Made by a program: the position numbers and the translations under genes
The notes under the pieces: model-generated
The model's input: only the letters and a program-made list of their open reading frames with translations
The model's database searches: none
What the model was told of the DNA's origin: nothing
Shown here: piece after piece, positions 54,549-63,232 of the stretch
Position numbering within the stretch: the first letter of the stretch is position 1
How the letters are laid out: each line of letters opens with the position of its first letter
Assembly: GCA_039738415.1 (NCBI GenBank)
Contig: JBCLLY010000004.1
Location: 6,956-70,955 of the forward strand
Direction: 5' to 3'
Length of the DNA stretch: 64,000 nucleotides
DNA from: Candidatus Levyibacteriota bacterium
GTDB lineage: Bacteria; Patescibacteriota; Microgenomatia; Levybacterales; GWA1-39-11

Positions 54549-56945
54549 TTAATCTGCGGCGATTGGTTGCGGAACCTTTAGTTTTGATTCCTTCTCTCCT
54601 TGAATTTTCTTGAATCCCTCGATCGGTTTTGTTAAGGCCTCCTTCAGCACTTCATCCATATGCGATGCGAATACAAAACGTAAGTCTTTTGCTACTTCTT
54701 TCGGAATTTCCTCCAAATCTTTTCTATTCTCTTTGGGTAAAATTAACGTTCGTATTCCGGCACGATGGGCTGCAATCACTTTTTCTTTTACTCCACCAAT
54801 TTCAAGTATTCTTCCCCGAAGCGTAACCTCTCCAGTCATTCCCACCATTCTATTTACGGGAATTTTAGTTAGAGCTGATACTATTGCGGTAGTTATAGCT
54901 CCTCCTGCAGACGGTCCGTCTTTGGGGACAGCGCCTTCCGGAACATGTACATGAACATCTATAGTTCTATAAAAATTCTCATCAAGCCCAAATTTATTTG
55001 CGCGGGCGCGAATATAAGTCAATGCCGCCTGACAGCTTTCTTTCATAACATCACCTAACTGTCCAGTCAGAACTAGCTGACCTTTTCCGGGCATAAGTGC
55101 TACTTCTATAAATAGAATTTCTCCACCAACCTCTGTCCAAGCAAGACCGGTACTCATCCCTATTTCGTTTTTCTTCTCAGCCAGGGTTGAGGTATATCTC
55201 GCTGGTCCCAAAAACTTTTTAATATTTTTTTCTGTTACTTCCATTTTCTTTTTCTTTCCCTCAGCCACATTCCTGGCAATTTTTCTAAATACTTTTGCTA
55301 TCTCACGCTCTAGGCTTCTAACACCGGCCTCCCTGGTATATCTTTGGATTATATACTGCAGTGCTTTATCAGAAATCTCCACATTGTTACTTTTTAGTCC
55401 ATTTGCTTCAAGCTGTTTTTTTACTAAATATTTTTTTGCTATGTGAAATTTCTCTTCGCTTGTATATCCTGCAAAGTTAATTGTCTCTAACCTATCGCGA
55501 AGTGCAGGTGGAATGGTGTGTAAAAGATTTGAGGTTGTAATAAACATAACATCTGATAAATCAAACGGTACTTCTAAATAATGGTCTGAAAACGCATTAT
55601 TTTGCTCCGGATCTAATGCTTCCAAAAGCGCAGAAGATGGATCTCCCCTATAATCTGCTCCCACCTTATCTATCTCGTCAAGCATAAATACGGGATTATT
55701 TGTCTTTGCATCTTTTATTCCCAGAATAATTCGTCCCGGCATTGCTCCCACATAAGTTCTTCTATGGCCTCTTATTTCTGCCTCATCATGGATACCACCA
55801 AGAGACATTTTTACAAATTCACGTCCTAATGCTTTTGCAATTGACTTTCCTATAGAGGTTTTGCCTACCCCAGGAGGTCCATTAAAACACAAAATTGGTC
55901 CTTTCATTTTGCCTGATAATTTATGAACCGCCAAATACTCAATGACTCTCTCTTTTACCTTGTTTAATCCGTAATGTTCTTCGTCCAGAATTTTTTCAGC
56001 GTCTTTAAGCTTAATATCGTTTTTACTCTTCTCGCTCCAAGGGAGTCCTACAAGCGTCTCCAAATAATTTCTTATGTACCCAGATTCGGGATTGTATGGA
56101 GTAAGCTGTTGAAGTTTCTTAAGCTCTTTTCTGGCCTTTTCTTCAACGTCCTCAGGCATTTTTGCTTTCTTTATCTTATCCTGTAACTCTTTTATCTCAC
56201 CTATATCATCGCCTTCACCCAACTCTTTCTCAATACTCTTAAGTCTTTCGCGTAAGATAGCATCCTTTGTAGTCTTTTCAAACTTTTCCTGAGTTCTATT
56301 CGTAATTCTTCTTTCAAGTTCCAAAACTTTTACCTCACGGGATAAATATTCTGATACTTTCTCTAGCCTTTTTTTCACTTCAAAAATTTCCAATATCTCC
56401 TGCCTTTCGCTTCCTTTAATATCCAACGTTGAGGCTATTTGATCTGCAAGTTCCGCCGGATTTATGTCAGACATTATATTCATAAAGACTAAAAAGTCCG
56501 CCTGTTTTCCTAAACTTAATGATTTCTTAAATAATGAAGTTACGTGATTCATAAGCGCAGTCATTTCATCACTTTGTGTAATAGTCTCCTCTATCTCTTC
56601 CAAAACAGCCTCCAGGTGTTCTGCTGATTGGTTATAACTCACAATTCTTGCCCTTGAAATCCCCCTTACTAATGCATTTACCTCGCCATCAGATCTAATC
56701 ATACGCTCAATGTGCGCAATTGTTCCCACTTCATAAAGCTCAGTAAGATCCGGATTATTTTGCCTAGGGTTTTTTTGAAGCACGAAACACACAAGCCTTT
56801 CGCCTGTAAAAGCGTTTTCAAGCGCTGCAAGACTTTTGGGTCTGCCGAAGGTCAAAATTGACTCCGTATGTGGAAATACTATCCCGTCCCGGATAGGTAT
56901 TACAGGCACATGCTGCAGGTTAGAATCGGATCTTTTTGGTATCAT
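54549..56945 (-). CDS. lon: ATP-dependent Lon protease (LonA)
   Basis: 798 aa. N-terminal VPVIPIRDGIVFPH, Walker A GPPGVGKTS, and the protease motif VPKDGPSAGGAITTAIVS. Confidence 0.95.
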   Translation of the reverse strand: MIPKRSDSNLQHVPVIPIRDGIVFPHTESILTFGRPKSLAALENAFTGERLVCFVLQKNPRQNNPDLTELYEVGTIAHIERMIRSDGEVNALVRGISRARIVSYNQSAEHLEAVLEEIEETITQSDEMTALMNHVTSLFKKSLSLGKQADFLVFMNIMSDINPAELADQIASTLDIKGSERQEILEIFEVKKRLEKVSEYLSREVKVLELERRITNRTQEKFEKTTKDAILRERLKSIEKELGEGDDIGEIKELQDKIKKAKMPEDVEEKARKELKKLQQLTPYNPESGYIRNYLETLVGLPWSEKSKNDIKLKDAEKILDEEHYGLNKVKERVIEYLAVHKLSGKMKGPILCFNGPPGVGKTSIGKSIAKALGREFVKMSLGGIHDEAEIRGHRRTYVGAMPGRIILGIKDAKTNNPVFMLDEIDKVGADYRGDPSSALLEALDPEQNNAFSDHYLEVPFDLSDVMFITTSNLLHTIPPALRDRLETINFAGYTSEEKFHIAKKYLVKKQLEANGLKSNNVEISDKALQYIIQRYTREAGVRSLEREIAKVFRKIARNVAEGKKKKMEVTEKNIKKFLGPARYTSTLAEKKNEIGMSTGLAWTEVGGEILFIEVALMPGKGQLVLTGQLGDVMKESCQAALTYIRARANKFGLDENFYRTIDVHVHVPEGAVPKDGPSAGGAITTAIVSALTKIPVNRMVGMTGEVTLRGRILEIGGVKEKVIAAHRAGIRTLILPKENRKDLEEIPKEVAKDLRFVFASHMDEVLKEALTKPIEGFKKIQGEKESKLKVPQPIAAD

Positions 56946-56948
56946 GGA

Positions 56949-56975
56949 TTAGCAGTGTAGCAAATCATTTGCTAA
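56949..56975. promoter_or_regulatory. CIRCE-like inverted repeat immediately upstream of lon
   Basis: ttagcagtg-tagcaaatc-atttgctaa (9-9-9) compared with CIRCE TTAGCACTC-N9-GAGTGCTAA. The outer TTAGCA/TGCTAA arms match. An inner perfect palindrome tagcaaat-c-atttgcta spans 56958-56974. The element ends 4 nt from the lon ATG. Confidence 0.35.
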
Positions 56976-57228
56976 CTGTCAATACTCTCTAGTTTGAAGT
57001 AGTTTATCTGAATTATAACTAGGTGTCAAGGATACCCAAACGCCCTCAAATAGACAAATTAATTACTACTATTTTTTTTATTTTAAATGCATCATAATTA
57101 TTCTTGCGCGAATAATCGCAGGAATGTGGAGCTCAAATATTTCCGTTGCGCAAGGTGGCACGCCTTAACTCAAATGCTTAAAAATTCTATCATTTAAATC
57201 TCTTCCGTTGGCTTTAATATTAACTCTT

Positions 57229-57237
57229 TGGTATAAT
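57229..57237 (+). promoter_or_regulatory. extended -10 promoter driving the tRNA-Gln-fragment / GIY-YIG / tRNA-Gln unit
   Basis: tggtataat (TGnTATAAT). The predicted transcription start is about 5 nt before the first nucleotide of the tRNA-like fragment. Confidence 0.55.
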
Positions 57238-57249
57238 TTGAGTCTACAT

Positions 57250-57323
57250 TGCCGGATAGCCTAATGATAGCCAGCGCTTACAGCGCGGTCTCGCCCTAAG
57301 GCGATGAGACAACGGGTTCTGAA
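57250..57323 (+). other. tRNA-Gln-like 5' half (acceptor 5' strand to anticodon loop) carrying a 37-nt D-arm insert
   Basis: tgccggatagcctaatgatag + ccagcgcttacagcgcggtctcgccctaaggcgatga + gacaacgggttctgaa. Compare the intact tRNA tgctggatcgtctaatggtag + gacaacggattctgga. The insert is identical to that in the units at 57655-57874. Confidence 0.6.
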
Positions 57324-57335
57324 ATTGTTTAATAT

Positions 57336-57578
57336 ATGTTTGCTACCTATATACTTAAAAGTCAGACTAAGGAATGGTATTACATAGGTCATACATCAAA
57401 CATTGAAAATAGATTAAAAGAACATAATATGGGTAGAAGCAAATCGACCAAACCATATATGCCACTTGTACTAAAATACAAAGAAGATTTTAATACAAAA
57501 GGCGAAGCGTTCAAAAGAGAGCAACAAATTAAGAACTACAAGCATGGAGAAGCATTTAAGAAATTGATTGGTATCTAG
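57336..57578 (+). CDS. minimal GIY-YIG nuclease domain protein (YhbQ/COG2827-like)
   Basis: 80 aa. FATYILKS...WYYIGHTSNIENRLKEHN and EAFKREQQIKN. The stop lies 3 nt before tRNA-Gln. Confidence 0.85.
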   Translation: MFATYILKSQTKEWYYIGHTSNIENRLKEHNMGRSKSTKPYMPLVLKYKEDFNTKGEAFKREQQIKNYKHGEAFKKLIGI

Positions 57579-57581
57579 GGC

Positions 57582-57652
57582 TGCTGGATCGTCTAATGGT
57601 AGGACAACGGATTCTGGATCCGTTTATCTAGGTTCAAATCCTAGTCCAGCAG
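57582..57652 (+). tRNA. tRNA-Gln (anticodon CTG)
   Basis: 71-nt manual cloverleaf. Acceptor tgctgga/tccagca (U1-A72), D-arm gtct-aatggta-ggac, anticodon arm acgga-ttCTGga-tccgt, T-arm ctagg-ttcaaat-cctag, discriminator G. Followed by cc. Confidence 0.85.
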
Positions 57653-57654
57653 CC

Positions 57655-57768
57655 GTAGATACGAGTCGTCTAATGGTAGCCAGCGCTTACAGCGCGGTCT
57701 CGCCCTAAGGCGATGAGACAACGGATTCTGGATCCGTTTATCTAGGTTCAAATCCTAGTCCAGCAGCC
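57655..57768 (+). repeat. 114-bp tRNA-Gln-like tandem unit B (D-arm insert, no complementary 5' acceptor strand)
   Basis: gtagatacgag, then tRNA-Gln nt 8-22, then the 37-nt insert (57680-57716), then tRNA-Gln nt 23 to the 3' end plus cc. The 7 nt in the acceptor position (atacgag) cannot pair with tccagca. Confidence 0.8.
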
Positions 57769-57874
57769 GTAGATACGAGTCGTCTAATGGTAGCCAGCGC
57801 TTACAGCGCGGTCTCGCCCTAAGGCGATGAGACAACGGATTCTGGATCCGTTTATCTAGGTTCAAATCCTAGTC
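57769..57874 (+). repeat. tRNA-Gln-like tandem unit C (second copy, divergent 3' end)
   Basis: Identical to unit B through cctagtc (57874), then diverges (tcccagctcagtccc), so the 3' acceptor strand is lost. Confidence 0.8.
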
Positions 57875-57993
57875 TCCCAGCTCAGTCCCTAACAGGCGGG
57901 GACATGTTTATTGGGGTTTTAAACCGCTATGCTCAGCAAAAAAAATAGCCTTGAAAATTAGAACCGAACGCCAGTTCAAACCTTTTTTGCTAC

Positions 57994-58001
57994 TGTATAA
58001 T
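57994..58001 (+). promoter_or_regulatory. extended -10 element upstream of the helicase gene
   Basis: tgtataat, 23 nt before ATG 58025. Confidence 0.45.
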
Positions 58002-58024
58002 AACATTAGAAAATACTATTTTTT

Positions 58025-59356
58025 ATGACACAACAAGAAGCCTTTGACTTACTAAAAATGGGGCATAATGTTTACCTAACCGGCGCGGCAGGCAGTGGAA
58101 AAACATACTTATTAAACAAATACATCGGGTTCCTAAAAAATAAGAAGGTTGGAGTAGGTATTACTGCCTCAACTGGGATTGCCGCAACACACATGAATGG
58201 TCGGACTATCCATTCATGGTCCGGAATGGGTATTAAAGATGCGCTAACTAAGGAAGATCTCAGTAAGCTTCTTGCCAAGCGGTATCTCCGTAAGACTTTC
58301 GCCGAGGCAAAGGTGCTTATCATTGATGAAATTTCCATGCTTCACTCTTTTCGTCTGGATATGGTTGATAGAATTTGTAAGGCGTTCAAAGAAAGTACAT
58401 TACCCTTTGGAGGAATACAAGTTGTTCTCTGCGGAGACTTTTTTCAATTACCCCCGGTAAGCAAAAATGGTGAGGAAGCAAATTTTGTCCATAAATCAGA
58501 TATTTGGCAAGAAATGGATATTAAAATCTGTTATCTTGAGGAACAGCACCGGCAGGAAGATAAACCGTTTTTACAAGTTCTGAATGATATAAGAAGCAAT
58601 ACTGTAAGCGATACGACAAAACAGTCCTTAAACAGCCGGCATAACAAAGAGGTTGCAATTGATATTCCACCAACAAAACTATTCACCCATAATGCAGATG
58701 TTGACGCTATCAACAACATGGAACTGGAAAAGATTAAGAAAGAACCACAAATATACCAAATGTCATCAAGAGGCATTGACGCGCTCGTTGAAACATTAAA
58801 GAAAAACTGTCTAGCCCCCGAGCAATTAATTCTTAAAAAGGGAGCAGTTGTCATGTTTGTCAAAAATAACTTTGAGAAAGGATATGTGAATGGAACACTT
58901 GGAAAAGTGGCGGGCTTTGATAAAGAGAGTTACCCGATTATTGAAACTGTCTCAAAAGATAAAATTATTGCTATGCCTGAAAAGTGGACAATAGAGGAAG
59001 GAAACAAAATTATTGCGGAAATTAATCAAATACCGCTCCGCCTTGCTTGGGCGATCACTGTTCATAAAAGCCAAGGAATGAGCCTTGACGCGGCAGTTAT
59101 TGATCTTTCCAAAGCATTTGAGCCGGGGATGGGGTATGTTGCTCTATCAAGGGTGAGAACTCTTGTTGGAATAAAACTGTTAGGTATCAATGACACTGCA
59201 TATGAGGTAAGTGCTGAAGCGATAGAACTGGACAGACAACTTATCAATCTTTCAAAACATGAAGAAAATAATCTCAAAAATCTAGGATGGTTGGAAAAAC
59301 ATAAAAGGCAAAATCAGTTTATCGGAAGTATAACCCCCAAAAAAGTAAAGACTTAA
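58025..59356 (+). CDS. Pif1/RecD-like superfamily-1 DNA helicase
   Basis: 443 aa. Walker A LTGAAGSGKTYLL, motif II LIIDEISML, LCGDFFQLPPV, and the C-terminal AWAITVHKSQGMSLD. Confidence 0.88.
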   Translation: MTQQEAFDLLKMGHNVYLTGAAGSGKTYLLNKYIGFLKNKKVGVGITASTGIAATHMNGRTIHSWSGMGIKDALTKEDLSKLLAKRYLRKTFAEAKVLIIDEISMLHSFRLDMVDRICKAFKESTLPFGGIQVVLCGDFFQLPPVSKNGEEANFVHKSDIWQEMDIKICYLEEQHRQEDKPFLQVLNDIRSNTVSDTTKQSLNSRHNKEVAIDIPPTKLFTHNADVDAINNMELEKIKKEPQIYQMSSRGIDALVETLKKNCLAPEQLILKKGAVVMFVKNNFEKGYVNGTLGKVAGFDKESYPIIETVSKDKIIAMPEKWTIEEGNKIIAEINQIPLRLAWAITVHKSQGMSLDAAVIDLSKAFEPGMGYVALSRVRTLVGIKLLGINDTAYEVSAEAIELDRQLINLSKHEENNLKNLGWLEKHKRQNQFIGSITPKKVKT

Positions 59357-59516
59357 ATCCTGCTTAATGTAAACTTTTATAATTGTTAGCCGGCATAGTA
59401 GTAGTTTTGTGAAGCTGAACAGGTTACAATGTTTTCAAGCACTCGTAGCGTAAAAATAGAAGGTATTGTATGAACTCTATTGCTTTAAAATTCATTCCTG
59501 ATGAAAAATAGTTTTT

Positions 59517-59819
59517 ATGAAATATAACGAGTATGAAGTACACACGCATGTTTTTCTCTACCCGGGAATGGCTGGATGGCACTTCGCAACGATTCCCCAA
59601 GACATATCTGCGGACATTAAAAAACAATTTGGAGACAGGAAGCGAGGGTGGGGATCTTTGCCAGTGAATGTAACTAGTGGCAAGACAACCTGGAAAACAT
59701 CCATTTTCCCAGACAAAGAATCAGGCGGATATCTTCTTCCGCTTAAGGCGGATGTACGCAAAAGAGAAGGCATCAAAGCCGATGCAACAATCACATTACT
59801 TATTGAGATAAGAGCGTGA
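59517..59819 (+). CDS. DUF1905 domain protein
   Basis: 100 aa. GMAGWHFATIP...GWGSLPVNVTSGKTTWKTSIFPDKESGGYLLPLKADVRK. Confidence 0.7.
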   Translation: MKYNEYEVHTHVFLYPGMAGWHFATIPQDISADIKKQFGDRKRGWGSLPVNVTSGKTTWKTSIFPDKESGGYLLPLKADVRKREGIKADATITLLIEIRA

Positions 59820-59883
59820 CGATTCGTTCTAGAATTTAGATTTTATCAAAAATATAAAGTATCCTGCTATAATAAAAGAGTAA

Positions 59884-60429
59884 ATGAATTCGTTTAAAAG
59901 TAAATATATTGTAATCGGAGTGATAGTTGTTGCTCTCTTTATAGCTGGTTACTTTATTTATTCCAATTTAGGAAAAAAAACAATTGACATATCAGGACAG
60001 AAAGCAAGCAAAAATCAAGGGAGTCAAACGTCGACTACGCCACAAATAGTTGATAAGCAAGCTTCTTTCGCCATTTTCACCAATGGAACTTTCCGAGTGT
60101 TTACGGCTACAATGTATCACAATCTTTCACCTGACGTATTTATTGAAGCAAGTAGCCAAAACGTTATACAAATCAAGAAAGACGGATCGACCTGGAATGA
60201 TTTCTTCTCCACCTTACCTTTCAAACTCACTCGTGAATGTCTTACAACTGTAACCAGGCAAACTTTCTGTAATGGATTAAATGGCACGCTAAAGTTTTAT
60301 ATTAATGGTATAAGAAACGATGACGCATTGAGTAATAAAATCAATCATGGTGACAAAATGCTCATTACCTATGGTAACGAAATCAAAGAGCAAATTCAGA
60401 AACAACTTGATAGATTAAATTCACTATAG
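59884..60429 (+). CDS. hypothetical membrane-anchored/secreted protein
   Basis: 181 aa. N-terminal TM YIVIGVIVVALFIAGYFIY and an extracytoplasmic domain with 2 Cys. I recognise no family. Confidence 0.6.
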   Translation: MNSFKSKYIVIGVIVVALFIAGYFIYSNLGKKTIDISGQKASKNQGSQTSTTPQIVDKQASFAIFTNGTFRVFTATMYHNLSPDVFIEASSQNVIQIKKDGSTWNDFFSTLPFKLTRECLTTVTRQTFCNGLNGTLKFYINGIRNDDALSNKINHGDKMLITYGNEIKEQIQKQLDRLNSL

Positions 60430-60456
60430 TTAGCCTAAAATAATCTCTCTTGTAAT

Positions 60457-61017
60457 ATGAAAACTTGGAAAAGATATCGATACAAAAACCTCACATTCTT
60501 TTTCTTCTCGCTTGTTTTGGCTTTTTTTGTTTATCAGAACGAAACGATTCATTCTTTTCTGTTACACCTTGGTAACACTGGCTACATAGGCGCATTTTTT
60601 GCAGGAATATTATTTGTATCTACTTTTACGGTTGCTACTGGCGCAATTATATTATTTGTTTTGGCCGAAACACTTTCTCCAATTGAAATAGGAATTATTG
60701 CAGGTCTTGGAGCAGTTGTAGGAGATTTTGTTATTTTTCGTTTTGTTAAAGATGATTTAGCAAGAGAGATTACATCTATTTATAGCAAGTTTGATAGAAA
60801 TCATCACCTAAAAAAGGTTTTACATACCAAGTACTTTAGTTGGACATTGCCTGTTCTTGGAGCAGTTATTGTTGCATCACCACTTCCTGATGAAATAGGA
60901 GTGAGCCTGATGGGAATTTCTAAAATGACAACGCCAAAGTTCTTGTTAATTTCTTTTGTGTTAAATGCTGTCGGAATATTTTTAGTCGTATCAGCATCCA
61001 CCTTGATAAAGCCATAA
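60457..61017 (+). CDS. small polytopic membrane protein (possibly DedA/VTT-like; tentative)
   Basis: 186 aa with 4-5 hydrophobic segments. GLGAVVGDFVIFRF and ASPLPDEIGVSLMG. Confidence 0.6.
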   Translation: MKTWKRYRYKNLTFFFFSLVLAFFVYQNETIHSFLLHLGNTGYIGAFFAGILFVSTFTVATGAIILFVLAETLSPIEIGIIAGLGAVVGDFVIFRFVKDDLAREITSIYSKFDRNHHLKKVLHTKYFSWTLPVLGAVIVASPLPDEIGVSLMGISKMTTPKFLLISFVLNAVGIFLVVSASTLIKP

Positions 61018-61408
61018 ATATATCAAAGTGCATCATTAAGCTTGAGACACCTTTTAATACTGTCTCAATTGTCTCATTTAGCCTTGACGTGAGACAGCAG
61101 TTATAACGATAAGAAGGTTCGAGACCAGTACGCTCAGCCATGTACCATTCGATACTTTGCTTTGCGTTTAATTTTGAATGAAACCACAACCGAATACCGA
61201 AATGGCATCTGCGCAAAGAGATGAAATTTGATAAACTTTTTCCGCCTCGGACTACATGTTCATGTAAGTAATAACCAGTACAAAACCTAAAAATAGAAAT
61301 AGAATAAAAAGGAGTTTGTTATTCTCGGAGTAATGTTTTTTTGATAAAACCTTTTTCTTTTTAGCCATACATTAAATGTAATGCAAAAAAACTATTTTAG
61401 CAAGTCCT

Positions 61409-63091
61409 CTAGGATTTTCTTTTACTTAGACTTTCTATATGCCTTTCTTTTTCTAATATAAATTCGCTTTTGTCAAATCCGTATCTTTGAATCATTTTGG
61501 CAACATGACGCGCTCCCAGATAATGAGGCATTACTACATATGTCGCTCCATTTTCATATAGGTCTTCTGCTTCTTTTATGTCTTGCGCAATCATAATAAT
61601 AATCGTTCTATGATTTTCCTCTTTCACTTTTTTTGTCAGCAAAATATTAGTTTTAAAATCCGGAATCGTCGAAACAACCAGCCTCACTTTATCCAAAGAC
61701 AATTCTTTAATAAATTCGGGATCCTGCGCATCTCCAAATCTTGACGGAATACCTAGCTCCCGGAGCTTTTCAATTGACTCCGGATTAAAGTCAATGATTA
61801 AGTAATCTCTATCTATTTTTTTAAACGCGTTGATAAAATCTTGACCCACCCTATCATATCCAAACAAAATTATTTCATATTTTTCACTCATTCCTCCTAC
61901 CTCTCCGCTTCCGATTTTTCTTAATTCTAAAAGCTTGAGAAGTTTTTCAATCTTTGGATAAATTTTATCCGCATAAAGAATAAAATAAGTAGACCCCGCA
62001 ATAGTAATAAGTCCTACGAGGGTTATTAAGGATAAAATTTCACGGCTTAAATGCCCTAAGTTAAATCCCAAAACTGCAAGAATAAGTGAAAATTCACTTA
62101 TCTGAGCAACAGTTAGACCCGCCATATAACCGGTTCTTCTTTTGTAACCCATTAAATTCATAAGAATTACAACAATAATAGGATTTCCTATCAGAACAAA
62201 TATTGAAAGAACAATCGCCGGGATTATGAGTACTCCCACATTATCAATCACCAGTTGTGAACCCAAAAGAATAAAGAAAAGTACTATAAAAAAGTCTCTC
62301 AGGGGTTTCATTCTCGACCCAATTTCGTAGGAAAAAGGAGTAAGCGATAGCGCAACTCCAGCGATAAGTGCGCCTATTTCGACAGAAAATCCTAACGCTT
62401 GAAATAATGCTGCAATCCCAAAACCCCAAGTAATGGAAAACAGGAACAGTAGCTCTTGAGAGGATGCCAAAAATTTGCTTACCTTAGGCATTACATAAAC
62501 GCTTACTATATAAAGTGTTATAAAAACGATTAATCCCTTTAGTAGCAAAATTCCGACTAGTGAATAAATATTTACGCTACTGTTTGCAGCAAATGACGAA
62601 ATTAGAAGTAAAATAATTGTGGCAATAATATCCTGAACCAAAAGAAACCCTATAGATATTTTTCCATAAAGTTTATTTAAATCTCCCCTATCAGAAAGAT
62701 GTTTTAAAATAATTATAGTGCTGCTAAAAGTAAGTGCAATTGCAACGTAAAACGCCGCAATTCTGTCAATACCCAAAACTAGAGCTATGGCAAACCCTAT
62801 GACAGAAGTGAATAAAACCTGACCCACCCCTGTTACAAGAGACACTTTTCCAACCTCTTTTATAACTTTCGGACTTAAACTTAACCCAACTATAAATAGT
62901 AAGACTGTAATTCCAATTTTTGAAAAAAGTTCAATTTGTTCTGTCGAGCGAAGGATATTTAATGCGTATGGACCTGCAATAATTCCAGCTAATATATATC
63001 CGACAATAAGAGGCTGTTTTAAAAACTTCATCAGCATCGCAAAAAGCGTTGCTATAAGAATAATTATTGAAAGTTCTGTAAAAATTTCCAT
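61409..63091 (-). CDS. CPA2-family cation:proton antiporter with C-terminal RCK/TrkA-N domain (Kef-type)
   Basis: 560 aa. An N-terminal ~380-aa Na+/H+ exchanger-like TM domain, then the Rossmann-like IILFGYDRVGQDF and GDAQDPEF. Confidence 0.85.
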   Translation of the reverse strand: MEIFTELSIIILIATLFAMLMKFLKQPLIVGYILAGIIAGPYALNILRSTEQIELFSKIGITVLLFIVGLSLSPKVIKEVGKVSLVTGVGQVLFTSVIGFAIALVLGIDRIAAFYVAIALTFSSTIIILKHLSDRGDLNKLYGKISIGFLLVQDIIATIILLLISSFAANSSVNIYSLVGILLLKGLIVFITLYIVSVYVMPKVSKFLASSQELLFLFSITWGFGIAALFQALGFSVEIGALIAGVALSLTPFSYEIGSRMKPLRDFFIVLFFILLGSQLVIDNVGVLIIPAIVLSIFVLIGNPIIVVILMNLMGYKRRTGYMAGLTVAQISEFSLILAVLGFNLGHLSREILSLITLVGLITIAGSTYFILYADKIYPKIEKLLKLLELRKIGSGEVGGMSEKYEIILFGYDRVGQDFINAFKKIDRDYLIIDFNPESIEKLRELGIPSRFGDAQDPEFIKELSLDKVRLVVSTIPDFKTNILLTKKVKEENHRTIIIMIAQDIKEAEDLYENGATYVVMPHYLGARHVAKMIQRYGFDKSEFILEKERHIESLSKRKS

Positions 63092-63143
63092 TTCCTAAAT
63101 CATTGTAAGGAATTAAGGGGTTTTTTAAAAGATACAAAATTGA

Positions 63144-63232
63144 AGCACCCACGACCTTACGGCTCGCCTCGCTGTATCTGGGGCGAAGCCAAGTCTGACT
63201 TGGCGAAGCGGGTCGGGGAATTGGGGTGCGGG
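63144..63232. other. GC-rich structured island (REP-like element or small RNA candidate)
   Basis: Outer pairing gcaccc/gggtgc and cgacc/ggtcg enclose the ccaagt-ctg-acttgg hairpin. It shares cccgcttcg and cagcgaggcgagc (reverse complement) with the rpsB 3' region. Confidence 0.4.

Noticed and set aside
57655-57874. 114-bp tandem units considered as CRISPR repeats or as ordinary extra tRNA-Gln genes
   Set aside because: There is no repeat-spacer structure. As tRNAs they fail the cloverleaf: the 5' acceptor strand is not complementary, there is a 37-nt insertion inside the D-stem, and unit C lacks the 3' acceptor strand.
976-59794. Many 60-180-aa ORFs in the six-frame track lying wholly inside longer ORFs on the opposite strand or in another frame. 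Examples: 976-1161, 2880-3281, 4791-5147, 6787-7092, 7421-7759, 23467-24003, 28173-28520, 39634-40053, 42380-42736, 58531-58863, 59558-59794.
   Set aside because: Each is nested in a longer ORF with clear family motifs. They have odd amino-acid composition (Ser/Leu/Cys/Phe-rich, typical of antisense frames in AT-rich DNA) and no start-site context.
60920-61216. 98-aa minus-strand ORF and a T-arm-like ggttcgagacc (61116-61126) downstream of the membrane-protein gene
   Set aside because: The ORF overlaps the 3' end of the 60457-61017 gene and has no recognisable domain. The flanks of the T-loop-like string cannot form a T-stem or acceptor stem. The region instead contains gagaca/tgtctc hairpins.
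61252-61368. 38-aa Lys-rich single-TM mini-ORF (MAKKKKVLSKKHYSENNKLLFILFLFLGFVLVITYMNM) 40 nt downstream of the antiporter gene
   Set aside because: It is plausible as a small membrane protein. But it has no SD, no promoter and no conservation evidence that I can assess, so I did not call it.
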